Shown here piece by piece: positions 25,339 to 33,074 of a stretch of 35,532 nt of DNA. The notes under the pieces were generated by a model that saw only the letters and a program-made list of their open reading frames with translations, did no database searches and was not told where the DNA came from. A program made the position numbers and the translations under genes. Every line of letters starts with the position of its first letter. Position 1 is the first letter of the stretch. Source of the stretch: Treponema sp. (lineage in GTDB: Bacteria; Spirochaetota; Spirochaetia; Treponematales; Breznakiellaceae); the NCBI GenBank assembly GCA_031258265.1, contig JAIRNB010000174.1:1-35532 (forward strand). Reading direction: 5' to 3'.

Positions 25339-26067
25339 ATGAAGCGCGTTTTTCTTTTTGTTTTAGTTTTTGCCTGTGCCTTCTCCCTCTTTGCCCAGGA
25401 TAATATCGGTCAGCCGAATCCCGCGGAAATCGGTGTAACCGCCGCCAACCAGGAACAGTCCCTTAAGGAAATCTCTGTTGATAAGTTTGAGATGGACGGC
25501 TACTGGAATTCTCATATATCCCCGGATACCGGGTATACCGCCAGCAGGCTCTTCGCTTCCGCCGGCCCCCTGGCTAAAGAAGCGCTGGAGGAAGAAGAAC
25601 AGTTTGCCATAGAAGAGAAATATGTCTTTGGTACGCGAATCGACTTTATCCACCGGGGCCATACGACGGTATATTTCCGGCCCCAGCGGCCTATCCCCAT
25701 AGAGGGTATTACCAAGACTATCTCCCTGTGGGTAGCGGGCCGGAATTTTAACCACGATCTGTATATCCTGGTAAGGGATTATTTTGGCCGGGAATTTGAG
25801 CTTTTTGTTGGCCGTTTGAACTTTCCCGGCTGGAAGAAATTAACCGTAGCCATTCCCCCGCAGGCGGCGGACGGCAGGAACGGTATTGTCCAGCGTAATT
25901 ACCATTATTTTAATAAAATGGGAATCATGGTTACCGGTCTTATGATCAAGGTTGATCCCACGGAAGCCTACGGCAGTTACTACGTGTATTTTGACGATAT
26001 GAGGGCCTGGACGGATATTTTTACCGAAAATAACCGGGACGAGGACGATATGGTGGATTCCTGGTAG
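25339..26067 (+). CDS. flaA: Flagellar filament outer layer (sheath) protein, FlaA family, short paralogue 2
   Basis: Signal peptide. ISLWVAGRNFNHDLYILVRDYFGREFELFVGRLNFPGWKKLTVAIP...YYVYFDDMRAWTD shows the same FlaA pattern. Confidence 0.8.
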   Translation: MKRVFLFVLVFACAFSLFAQDNIGQPNPAEIGVTAANQEQSLKEISVDKFEMDGYWNSHISPDTGYTASRLFASAGPLAKEALEEEEQFAIEEKYVFGTRIDFIHRGHTTVYFRPQRPIPIEGITKTISLWVAGRNFNHDLYILVRDYFGREFELFVGRLNFPGWKKLTVAIPPQAADGRNGIVQRNYHYFNKMGIMVTGLMIKVDPTEAYGSYYVYFDDMRAWTDIFTENNRDEDDMVDSW

Positions 26068-26096
26068 ACGATTCGCTTCGAGATTACCGGAAAAGG

Positions 26097-26124
26097 GCGG
26101 TGGCTTGGGTCACCGCTTTTTTTT
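26097..26124 (+). terminator. Rho-independent terminator of the flaA operon
   Basis: gcggtggc-ttgg-gtcaccgc forms an 8-bp stem (one G-U pair) with a tetraloop, followed by T8 (26117-26124). Confidence 0.7.
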
Positions 26125-26829
26125 GTCCCCAGGGACCCGGCCCCGCAGCCGGTAGGTAAAGGCCCTCCCCTTCTTCCCCGTCCGTTCCACCACACCGATC
26201 TTGTTAAGCACATAGAGGGTCTTTCGCGCCAGTTCCGGGGAAATTTCCGCCCCCTCCGCCAGGGTCCCGGCGGTAAAATTCCGGGCAAGGGCCGGGGGAA
26301 TGAAACGCCGGTAGTCCCCGGGCTTTTTCAGGATTATAGAATCGCGCCAGGCCGTCAGTTCCCTCCCGGCTATACTCGTTCCCCCCCGTCTCCAGGAACC
26401 TTTACCGTCCTGAATCCGTTTTTCCAGCGCGTCGATAAGGGCAAGTTCAATGGAAAGCCCCTTGAGCCGGGGGAGTTCCGGGGCGTAGAGCAGGCTGCGG
26501 AAAAGATCCCAGGGGCTGCCCCGGCGGGGACTCCTGCGCCTGCGGATCAATGTCCCGTCCGCGCCGTATGTTTCGATATATTTGATGACAATCACGGGGT
26601 AGACGATCCGCAGCGGCCCGGCGGCGGCCATTTTCTTCGCCTTTTCCCTGAGGGGGCCGAAACTCCCGGTTTGCACCTCGATAATTTCGCCGGTTTCTGT
26701 AATACCGTCGCAGACATAATCCCCCCATACCTGTTCGGTATGGCCCTCCGGTCCGGAATAACGGAATTTCAGGGCCCGGTGGAGGGCGCTTTCCCGCCGG
26801 GTTCCAATGTCAGAACCCGGGGTGGGCAT
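26110..26829 (-). CDS. Hypothetical protein: N-terminal PD-(D/E)xK / CoiA-like nuclease-like motifs plus a C-terminal winged-helix-like region
   Basis: The N-terminus ESALHRALKFRY...YVCDGITETGEIIEVQTGSF resembles the H..K / D / E-x-Q arrangement of CoiA-type nucleases. The C-terminus ISPELARKTLYVLNKIGVVERTGKKGRAFTYRL looks like wHTH. GAGGAA lies 10 nt upstream of the ATG. The function is inference only. Confidence 0.55.
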   Translation of the reverse strand: MPTPGSDIGTRRESALHRALKFRYSGPEGHTEQVWGDYVCDGITETGEIIEVQTGSFGPLREKAKKMAAAGPLRIVYPVIVIKYIETYGADGTLIRRRRSPRRGSPWDLFRSLLYAPELPRLKGLSIELALIDALEKRIQDGKGSWRRGGTSIAGRELTAWRDSIILKKPGDYRRFIPPALARNFTAGTLAEGAEISPELARKTLYVLNKIGVVERTGKKGRAFTYRLRGRVPGDKKKR

Positions 26830-27061
26830 AGGAGAGGAGTTCCTCGGCGCTCAGGAGTTCCAGATAGTGGAAAGTTTCGTTTCCCCCCCGGTTTTCACTT
26901 ACCCGGATCTTGGCAACCCGGAAGGCGATCATCCGGTTGGTGGGAAGGGGCAGGTTAAGCCTGTGGCCGTTTATATCCACGATGCTGTTCAAAGAAAGCC
27001 GGGAGGGGATTTCCTGCATATCCCCTTCGGGGAAGACGACAAAATACTCATCCATGAACAT
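26810..27061 (-). CDS. Small hypothetical protein (83 aa), overlapping the downstream gene by 20 nt
   Basis: Globular-looking composition (VVFPEGDMQEIP...MIAFRVAKIRVSENRGGNETFHYLELLSAEELL) and an operon-like overlap. There is no SD. A plus-strand ORF (26807-27076) occupies the same DNA and cannot be excluded. Confidence 0.4.
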   Translation of the reverse strand: MFMDEYFVVFPEGDMQEIPSRLSLNSIVDINGHRLNLPLPTNRMIAFRVAKIRVSENRGGNETFHYLELLSAEELLSYAHPGF

Positions 27062-27069
27062 GGCAAAAA

Positions 27070-27099
27070 ATATTAGCGGTTTTATGACCGTTTGGACAA
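27070..27099 (-). promoter_or_regulatory. Putative minus-strand promoter giving a near-leaderless transcript of the 83-aa ORF
   Basis: On the minus strand: TTGTCC (27099-27094), an 18-nt spacer, then TAATAT (27075-27070), ending 8 nt before the ATG at 27061. Confidence 0.3.
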
Positions 27100-27146
27100 G
27101 CTTGCTTGGTCTTACCGGGTACTTGCCTTTGTTACTTGCTGGTTAA

Positions 27147-27282
27147 GGGGGGGGCGCAGGGGTTCCAAATACCGGGGTTCCGGTCCCCATGGCCTTGCGC
27201 TGTTCATCCCGGCCCCCCCTCGCTGCGAAGTCCTCGTGGCAAACCACAGGTTTGCCCCTGCGGTCTTCTCCGCTACCCCCCC
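27147..27282 (-). repeat. Repeat module D, copy D2 (inverted relative to D1)
   Basis: The reverse complement reads ggggggg-tagcggagaagacc-[ggcaaacc-tgt-ggtttgcc hairpin]-acgaggact..cgagggggggccgggatgaa...ctgcgcccccccc. Confidence 0.75.
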
Positions 27283-27489
27283 TCGGCTAAAACCGGGGCG
27301 TATTTTCCAATTTGGCGTCAGTCACCTGTATGCCGGCCCGGTTTCCGCCATATTTGGGCCGGGGACACGCCCAAAATAGAATGATAAACCCCCTTTTATA
27401 GATTTATTCCGGTTCCGGGGATCATAAACGTTTGTATAGCCGAAAATAATATTTTTTATACTATTTATAATTTTTTCTAAGGAAACTTG

Positions 27490-27518
27490 TTGACGCAAAT
27501 CTTATGTGGCTTAATAAT
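27490..27518 (+). promoter_or_regulatory. Putative dcw/mraZ promoter
   Basis: TTGACG at 27490-27495 with an AT-rich -10 (taataat, 27512-27518), preceded by a very AT-rich, UP-like tract (27385-27485). Confidence 0.5.
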
Positions 27519-27526
27519 AGCCGTAG

Positions 27527-27570
27527 TGGGGAATCATGGGTATTAAGTTAATTTCATGTGGAATTGTGGG
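27527..27570 (+). promoter_or_regulatory. Phased TGGG repeats: candidate MraZ operator
   Basis: TGGG at 27527, 27537 and 27567, plus TGTGG at 27557, all in a 10-bp register between the promoter and the mraZ start codon. Confidence 0.5.
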
Positions 27571-28029
27571 ATGAAGTGTGATACCGGTGGTTCCTATCCC
27601 AGTACCCTGGATGACAAGGGGAGGGTGAATATCCCCAAGTCCCTAAGGGGCGTATACAACGGGGAACTGGTGGTTACCATGGGGCTGCGGGCCTGCGCCC
27701 GGATCATGAAGGGCGAAGTTTGGGATCAGATCCGGGAACGGCTAACGGGGTCCAACGAGTTGACGGAAGATGAGCAGGAACTGGTGGAATTACAGCTTAT
27801 CGCCCCGCGGATGATGATGGAAGTTGATCAGGCGGGCCGCATAGCCATTCCGCCGGTGATTCGGCGTTACGCGCGCTTAACTAAGAACTGTCTTATATTA
27901 AACCTGGAAAACCGGCTGGAGGTCTGGGATGAGGAACTGTACTTTGCCCACCTGGATGAAAACCGGGCTGCCATAAAGGAGGCCATAAGGAAAATGGGGT
28001 CCTTGAAGCTTTTCAAACTGGATACCTAG
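27571..28029 (+). CDS. mraZ: Transcriptional regulator MraZ
   Basis: Two SpoVT/AbrB-like halves with LDDKGRVNIPKSLR and VDQAGRIAIPPVIR. An alternative ATG lies at 27556. Confidence 0.85.
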   Translation: MKCDTGGSYPSTLDDKGRVNIPKSLRGVYNGELVVTMGLRACARIMKGEVWDQIRERLTGSNELTEDEQELVELQLIAPRMMMEVDQAGRIAIPPVIRRYARLTKNCLILNLENRLEVWDEELYFAHLDENRAAIKEAIRKMGSLKLFKLDT

Positions 28030-28057
28030 AGGGATTTGGGAGGGGAACTATCCGGCT

Positions 28058-29008
28058 ATGGAAGCTTTGCATACTCCGGTGATGCTGGAAGAAGTCATAA
28101 GCTGCCTTGCCCCCCGCAAGGGGGGAGAATTGATGATAGACGCTACTCTGGGGGAGGGGGGCCATGCCTATGCTTTTCTTTCCCGCTTCCAGGATTTAAA
28201 TATCATCGGCATTGATGCTGATCCCGCTATTCAAAACATTGCGAAAGAACGGCTTAGGGAATTTGGGGAACGAATCCGGTTTTATACCGGATGGGCCCAG
28301 GATTTTTTTGCCTCTTATCCCGAAGAACTCAAACGGCCGGATACAATTTTTATTGATTTGGGAATAAGCCGCTACCATTATGAAAAATCCGGCCGGGGCT
28401 TCAGCTTCCGTAAGGATGAAGCTTTGGACATGCGGCTCAACGGTGAATCCCGGCAGACCGCGGCGGATCTTATCAACCGGCTGGGGGAAAGGGAACTGGC
28501 GGATCTGTTCTATCAGAACGCGGAAGAACGGTATTCCCGCCGGATCGCCAGGGCCATAGTGGAAGGGCGGAAACGGGGGGCAATCCGTTCCAGCCGGGCC
28601 CTGGCGGAATTGGTGGAGGCGGCCGTACCCCCTTCTTACCGGAGGGGGCCGGTTCATCCCGCTACCAAGGTATTCCAGAGTTTACGGATTGCCGTAAATT
28701 CTGAACTTTCCCGCCTTAACGAGCTGTTGGAGGGAGCCCTGGGGGCGCTGGAACCGGGGGGAAGGCTTGGAATCATAAGCTTTCATAGTTTGGAGGACCG
28801 GATAGTTAAACATTTCTTCCGGCAAAGAAACAGGGACTGTAACAGTTCCCCGGAAGCACCGATAGGTAGATATGGGGAAAGCCGTGTTGTTCGTATTCTG
28901 CTTCCCAAGGGAATTACCCCGGGGAAGGCGGAAATACGGGGGAACGGGGCTTCCAGAAGCGCCCGGCTGCGGGCGGCGGAGAAAATTCGGGACGAGGTTG
29001 AACAATGA
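28058..29008 (+). CDS. rsmH: 16S rRNA (cytosine1402-N4)-methyltransferase
   Basis: HTPVMLEEV...DATLGEGGH...FIDLGISRYH...ISFHSLEDRIVK are RsmH/MraW signatures. Confidence 0.9.
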   Translation: MEALHTPVMLEEVISCLAPRKGGELMIDATLGEGGHAYAFLSRFQDLNIIGIDADPAIQNIAKERLREFGERIRFYTGWAQDFFASYPEELKRPDTIFIDLGISRYHYEKSGRGFSFRKDEALDMRLNGESRQTAADLINRLGERELADLFYQNAEERYSRRIARAIVEGRKRGAIRSSRALAELVEAAVPPSYRRGPVHPATKVFQSLRIAVNSELSRLNELLEGALGALEPGGRLGIISFHSLEDRIVKHFFRQRNRDCNSSPEAPIGRYGESRVVRILLPKGITPGKAEIRGNGASRSARLRAAEKIRDEVEQ

Positions 29009-29072
29009 TAACCACGATTTCAAATGGTCCGGGAACGATTTTTCGCACCCGAAGTGTACAGGGGGCCTTGTG

Positions 29073-29354
29073 ATGAAACGGCGTTTTCTCGTGTATTTTA
29101 TGAGCCTTAGCATACCGGTCTTACTGATCCTGGTTTCCTGGCAATCGGCCCGTTATTTGGACCTGGAGCGGGAAATAAGCTTAATTGAAAAAGAACAGGA
29201 AGAATGGGTAGAAAGCAATAACCGGCTTATCGCCGCCATCGCTATACTTTCATCATCGGAACGGATTGAACATATCTCCCGGAATCAGCTTGGCCTGGAC
29301 CGGGTAAGACCGGAGGATGTTCTGCAGATCAGAATAGGCGGGGAAGAATTTTGA
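29073..29354 (+). CDS. ftsL: Cell division protein FtsL-like
   Basis: A 93-aa bitopic protein (TM helix FLVYFMSLSIPVLLILV followed by a coiled coil) in the canonical position after rsmH. Confidence 0.6.
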   Translation: MKRRFLVYFMSLSIPVLLILVSWQSARYLDLEREISLIEKEQEEWVESNNRLIAAIAILSSSERIEHISRNQLGLDRVRPEDVLQIRIGGEEF

Positions 29355-30817
29355 CGCTGAGCATTGACCGGAACGGCCGGCCCCCGGAGAAAACCTGTTC
29401 TCCGGTACTTATGGGCTTTGACCGTCTCGGCGCCGCCGTCCGGGGCCGTTTTCTCGGGCGGAATTCCGGAGAGGGTTTTAGCTCGGTGTGTATCGATTCC
29501 CGGACGGTAAAACCCGGAGCCCTTTTTGTGGCCCTGGAGGGGAATGTCCAGGACGGGCATCTTTACGTGGAGTCCGCGTTTAAGGCCGGGGCCGTCTGCG
29601 CCCTGGTGGAAGCCTCGCGGCTGAAGCCCCTGGACTTGGAGGAGAAGGCCAAAGAACTCGGCGGCCTTCTTATCGTGGTGGAAAACAGCCTCCGGGCCTT
29701 GCAGGATGCCGCCGCCGCTTATTTGGACGGTTTTCCCGCTTTGCTGCGCGTTGGCATTTCCGGCTCATCGGGGAAAACCACCACCAAGGAGATCGCCGCG
29801 GCGATTTCCCGCAGGGAACTGCCCACCGTGATGAACCCCGTGAATCTGAATTCGGAAAGCGGCCTTCCCCTGGCGGTCTTCGAGGTCCGGGATTTTCACC
29901 GGGTGGGGATATTTGAACTTGGGATGAACCGGCCGGGGGAAATCGCCGAACTTGCCAGGGTCCTGCGTCCCCATATCGCCCTTATTACCAATGTGGGGCT
30001 TTCCCATATCGGAATGATAGGCAGCCGCCGGGGGATTGCCCTGGAAAAAAAGCAGATCTTCTCCTGTTTTGGGGAAGACTGTATTGCCCTGATTCCCGCC
30101 GCCGGTGAATTCAGCGGATTCCTGGCCGAGGGTTTGAAGGGAATTACGCGCTTTTACGGGCCCCAAAGCTTTGAAGAACTGGGGCCGGTCCGGGACCTGG
30201 GGCTTTCCGGGAGCGAGATTACCTGGGCGGGGGAAAAGGTTCTCTTTGCCCTGCCGGGAAAGCATAACCTGGAGGACGCCGTTGCGGCGATTGCCATAGC
30301 CCGGGAACTGGGAATCGGTAACCGGGCTATCAGGGAGGGGCTGGAATCGGTACGGCCCCTCTTTGGGCGCAGCGAAATTCTGGAAGGGGATATAACCGTA
30401 ATCCAGGATTGTTACAATGCGAATCCTGAGTCCACCGCGGCGGCCATTAGTTTTTGTGACTCCCTGGAATATCCCGGACGGAAGGTCTATGTCCTGGGGT
30501 CCATGCTGGAGCTGGGGAACGATTCAGAGGCGGCCCACCGGGAACTGGGTTCCATCCTGAGCCGCTGCGCCGCGGATATGTTGTTCCTCTACGGTAAAGA
30601 AATGGAAGGGGCCGCGGCGGAACTGGAGAAGGCGGAGGCCGGGTACTTTCATACCAATAACATAGCAGAGCTTGCCTCTTCCCTGGAGGATTATGTTGAA
30701 CCGGGGGATCTGGTACTGCTCAAAGGGTCCCGGGGCTGCGCCTTGGAACGGCTTAGTCCGGTATTCAGCGGTAAAGGTAAACCGGTATTCAGCGGTATGG
30801 AGGGGAAATGTTCTTAG
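29351..30817 (+). CDS. murF: UDP-N-acetylmuramoyl-tripeptide--D-alanyl-D-alanine ligase
   Basis: DSRTVKPGALFVALEGNVQDGH, ISGSSGKTTTKE, and the Mur ligase C-terminal domain. TTG at 29351 is coupled to the ftsL stop. An alternative ATG lies at 29411. Confidence 0.9.
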   Translation: MTLSIDRNGRPPEKTCSPVLMGFDRLGAAVRGRFLGRNSGEGFSSVCIDSRTVKPGALFVALEGNVQDGHLYVESAFKAGAVCALVEASRLKPLDLEEKAKELGGLLIVVENSLRALQDAAAAYLDGFPALLRVGISGSSGKTTTKEIAAAISRRELPTVMNPVNLNSESGLPLAVFEVRDFHRVGIFELGMNRPGEIAELARVLRPHIALITNVGLSHIGMIGSRRGIALEKKQIFSCFGEDCIALIPAAGEFSGFLAEGLKGITRFYGPQSFEELGPVRDLGLSGSEITWAGEKVLFALPGKHNLEDAVAAIAIARELGIGNRAIREGLESVRPLFGRSEILEGDITVIQDCYNANPESTAAAISFCDSLEYPGRKVYVLGSMLELGNDSEAAHRELGSILSRCAADMLFLYGKEMEGAAAELEKAEAGYFHTNNIAELASSLEDYVEPGDLVLLKGSRGCALERLSPVFSGKGKPVFSGMEGKCS

Positions 30818-31887
30818 AGTTTGTATACCCCCTGACCAAATATCAAACCGCCTTCAATGTTTTCATGTATCTGACCTTCCGGGGGGCCTATGCCGCCCTT
30901 ACAACCCTGCTTATCGCCTATGTCTGCGGTCCTAAGATCATTGAAGCCCTGCGGAAACTCAAGGTAGGGCAGGCGGTAAGGACCGACGGCCCGGCGACCC
31001 ACCTGGCAAAAACGGGGACTCCCACCATGGGGGGGATAATGATCATCCTCTCTATCCTGGTTTCCATGCTGTTCTGGCAGGATCTGCATAATAAAAAAGT
31101 TACCCTGGCGATTATCAGCCTTACCGCCTTTGGGTTTATTGGTTTTCTGGATGATTACCTGAAGGTGACCCGCCATAATTCCGGGGGGCTTCCGGCCTGG
31201 GCCAAGCTTACGGGGCAGTTTGTCGTGGCTACCGGGGTGGTATTGTATTTGTACTTTAACGGAGGAGAGGAGATAACGTATCTTTACCTGCCGTTTTTTA
31301 AGAAGCATATCGTTGATATGGGGGTCCTCTGGATACCCTTTGGGATTCTCCTGGTGGTGGGGGAGAGCAACGCGGTGAATTTCTCCGACGGCCTGGACGG
31401 GCTTTTGGCGGGATTACTGATCCTGGTGTTCATTGCCCTGTCTATTCTCTGTTACCTTAGCGGCAGATCGGATTATTCCGCCTACCTGGGGATACCTTAC
31501 ATCAAGGGCGGCGGGGAACTTACCGTGTTCTGCCTGGCGGCGGTGGGGGCCTGCATAGGCTTTCTATGGTATAACGCCTATCCGGCTGAGCTCTTCATGG
31601 GAGATGTGGGGAGTCTTTCCCTGGGGGGAGTGGTGGCCGTCATCTCCCTGATGATAAAAAAGGAGATTCTGGTTCTTATTATCGGCGGCGTGTTTGTACT
31701 GGAAATTGCCTCCGTGGTGATTCAGGTGCTTTCCTTCAAATTACGGAAAAAAAGGGTGTTCCGCATGGCCCCAATTCATCATGCCTTTGAATTGGCCGGC
31801 TGGGCGGAAAATAAAGTAGTAATCCGCTTCTGGATTTTGGGAGGGCTCTTTTCTATTATTGCCCTTTCAACTTTGAAGATTCAATAG
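30808..31887 (+). CDS. mraY: Phospho-N-acetylmuramoyl-pentapeptide transferase
   Basis: KxGTPTMGG, NAVNFSDGLDGL, APIHHAFE. Confidence 0.95.
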   Translation: MFLEFVYPLTKYQTAFNVFMYLTFRGAYAALTTLLIAYVCGPKIIEALRKLKVGQAVRTDGPATHLAKTGTPTMGGIMIILSILVSMLFWQDLHNKKVTLAIISLTAFGFIGFLDDYLKVTRHNSGGLPAWAKLTGQFVVATGVVLYLYFNGGEEITYLYLPFFKKHIVDMGVLWIPFGILLVVGESNAVNFSDGLDGLLAGLLILVFIALSILCYLSGRSDYSAYLGIPYIKGGGELTVFCLAAVGACIGFLWYNAYPAELFMGDVGSLSLGGVVAVISLMIKKEILVLIIGGVFVLEIASVVIQVLSFKLRKKRVFRMAPIHHAFELAGWAENKVVIRFWILGGLFSIIALSTLKIQ

Positions 31888-31895
31888 GAGGGCCG

Positions 31896-33074
31896 GTGTA
31901 CCACCAATTTGAAGCGGAAAGATCCCTCCGTCCCGCCGGGGTAAACTACCTTCTGGTAGCCAGCGTGTTTCTCCTTACGGGCATGGGGCTTGTTACCCTG
32001 TATTCTTCTTCCTATGCCTTTGCCAGCCGCTTTTATCGTAACGGCATGTATTTTATGATCGGCCAGCTAAGGGCGGGGGCTTTGGGAATAGTGCTTTTCT
32101 TTGTTTTTTCCCGGATAGATCTGGAGGTTTTGCGGAAACTGGTAAAACCCCTGGTTGTTTTCGCGGTTATTATCTGTATTCTTACTTTTATTCCCGGTAT
32201 CGGGGATACCAGAAACGGGGCAAGCCGGTGGATTAAACTGCCGGGGGGTATTACTTTTCAGCCTTCGGAACTGGTGAAATTTATACTTCCCCTGTACCTG
32301 GCCCATATTTTTGATAAAAAGCAGGAGAGACTCGACGAATTTTCCGCTGCGGTACTGCCGCCGGTCCTGGTTACCGCCCTCTTTTTTATTATTATTTATC
32401 TGCAAAATAATTTTTCTACCGCTGTATTTATCGCCGTCAACGCCCTGTTCATATTTTTTCTGGCGGGGGTTAAGCTGCGCTACTTCTTTTCCGCCATTAT
32501 CATGCTTCTGCCCCTGTCCAGCCTGCTTATTTTGACCAAGGAACACCGGCTGCGCCGCCTTATCAGCTTTGTTAAACCGGAATGGGAACCCCAGGGCGCC
32601 GGTTACCAGGTTGGTTCCAGCATCAGAACTATTGCCCTGGGAGGTTTTTGGGGGAAGGGTCTGGGACAGGGGACCAGGAAAATAGCCAGTATCCCCGAAG
32701 TACATTCGGATTTTATTTTTTCTTCTTTTGCGGAGGAGTCCGGTTTTTTGGGGGTTGTCCTGATTTTTGCGCTTTTTGGTATCTTTGCCTTTCTTTGCCT
32801 CCGGGGCGCCGCGCGAACATCCCTGTACCGCAAACTCCTGGCCTACGGTCTTTTAACTATGATTCTCTCCCAGGCCATGTTGAATATTGCCGTGGTATCC
32901 GGCTCCCTTCCCACCACAGGGCTTCCGCTTCCCTTTTTTTCCGCCGGCGGATCGTCCTTGTCCGTTACCCTGCTTATGGCGGGCTTAATTGTGAATATTT
33001 GCCGGGAGGATACGAATTACCAGGCTCGGGATATTCCCCGTTTTGAGGTCCGGGAGGATGCTTATGTCAGGTGA
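31896..33074 (+). CDS. ftsW: SEDS-family peptidoglycan glycosyltransferase FtsW
   Basis: Polytopic SEDS protein (RWIKLPGGITFQPSELVK, PEVHSDFIFS, GLPLPFFSAGGSS). GTG start after AGGAGGG. Confidence 0.9.
   Translation: MYHQFEAERSLRPAGVNYLLVASVFLLTGMGLVTLYSSSYAFASRFYRNGMYFMIGQLRAGALGIVLFFVFSRIDLEVLRKLVKPLVVFAVIICILTFIPGIGDTRNGASRWIKLPGGITFQPSELVKFILPLYLAHIFDKKQERLDEFSAAVLPPVLVTALFFIIIYLQNNFSTAVFIAVNALFIFFLAGVKLRYFFSAIIMLLPLSSLLILTKEHRLRRLISFVKPEWEPQGAGYQVGSSIRTIALGGFWGKGLGQGTRKIASIPEVHSDFIFSSFAEESGFLGVVLIFALFGIFAFLCLRGAARTSLYRKLLAYGLLTMILSQAMLNIAVVSGSLPTTGLPLPFFSAGGSSLSVTLLMAGLIVNICREDTNYQARDIPRFEVREDAYVR

Noticed and set aside
26807-27076. 89-aa plus-strand ORF overlapping the 83-aa minus-strand ORF
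   Set aside because: It has no RBS, would need a promoter inside the convergent gene, and is G/P-rich. The minus-strand ORF is operon-coupled to the downstream gene. However, the plus frame has a high G1 codon bias (about 44% by hand count), so this rejection is not firm.
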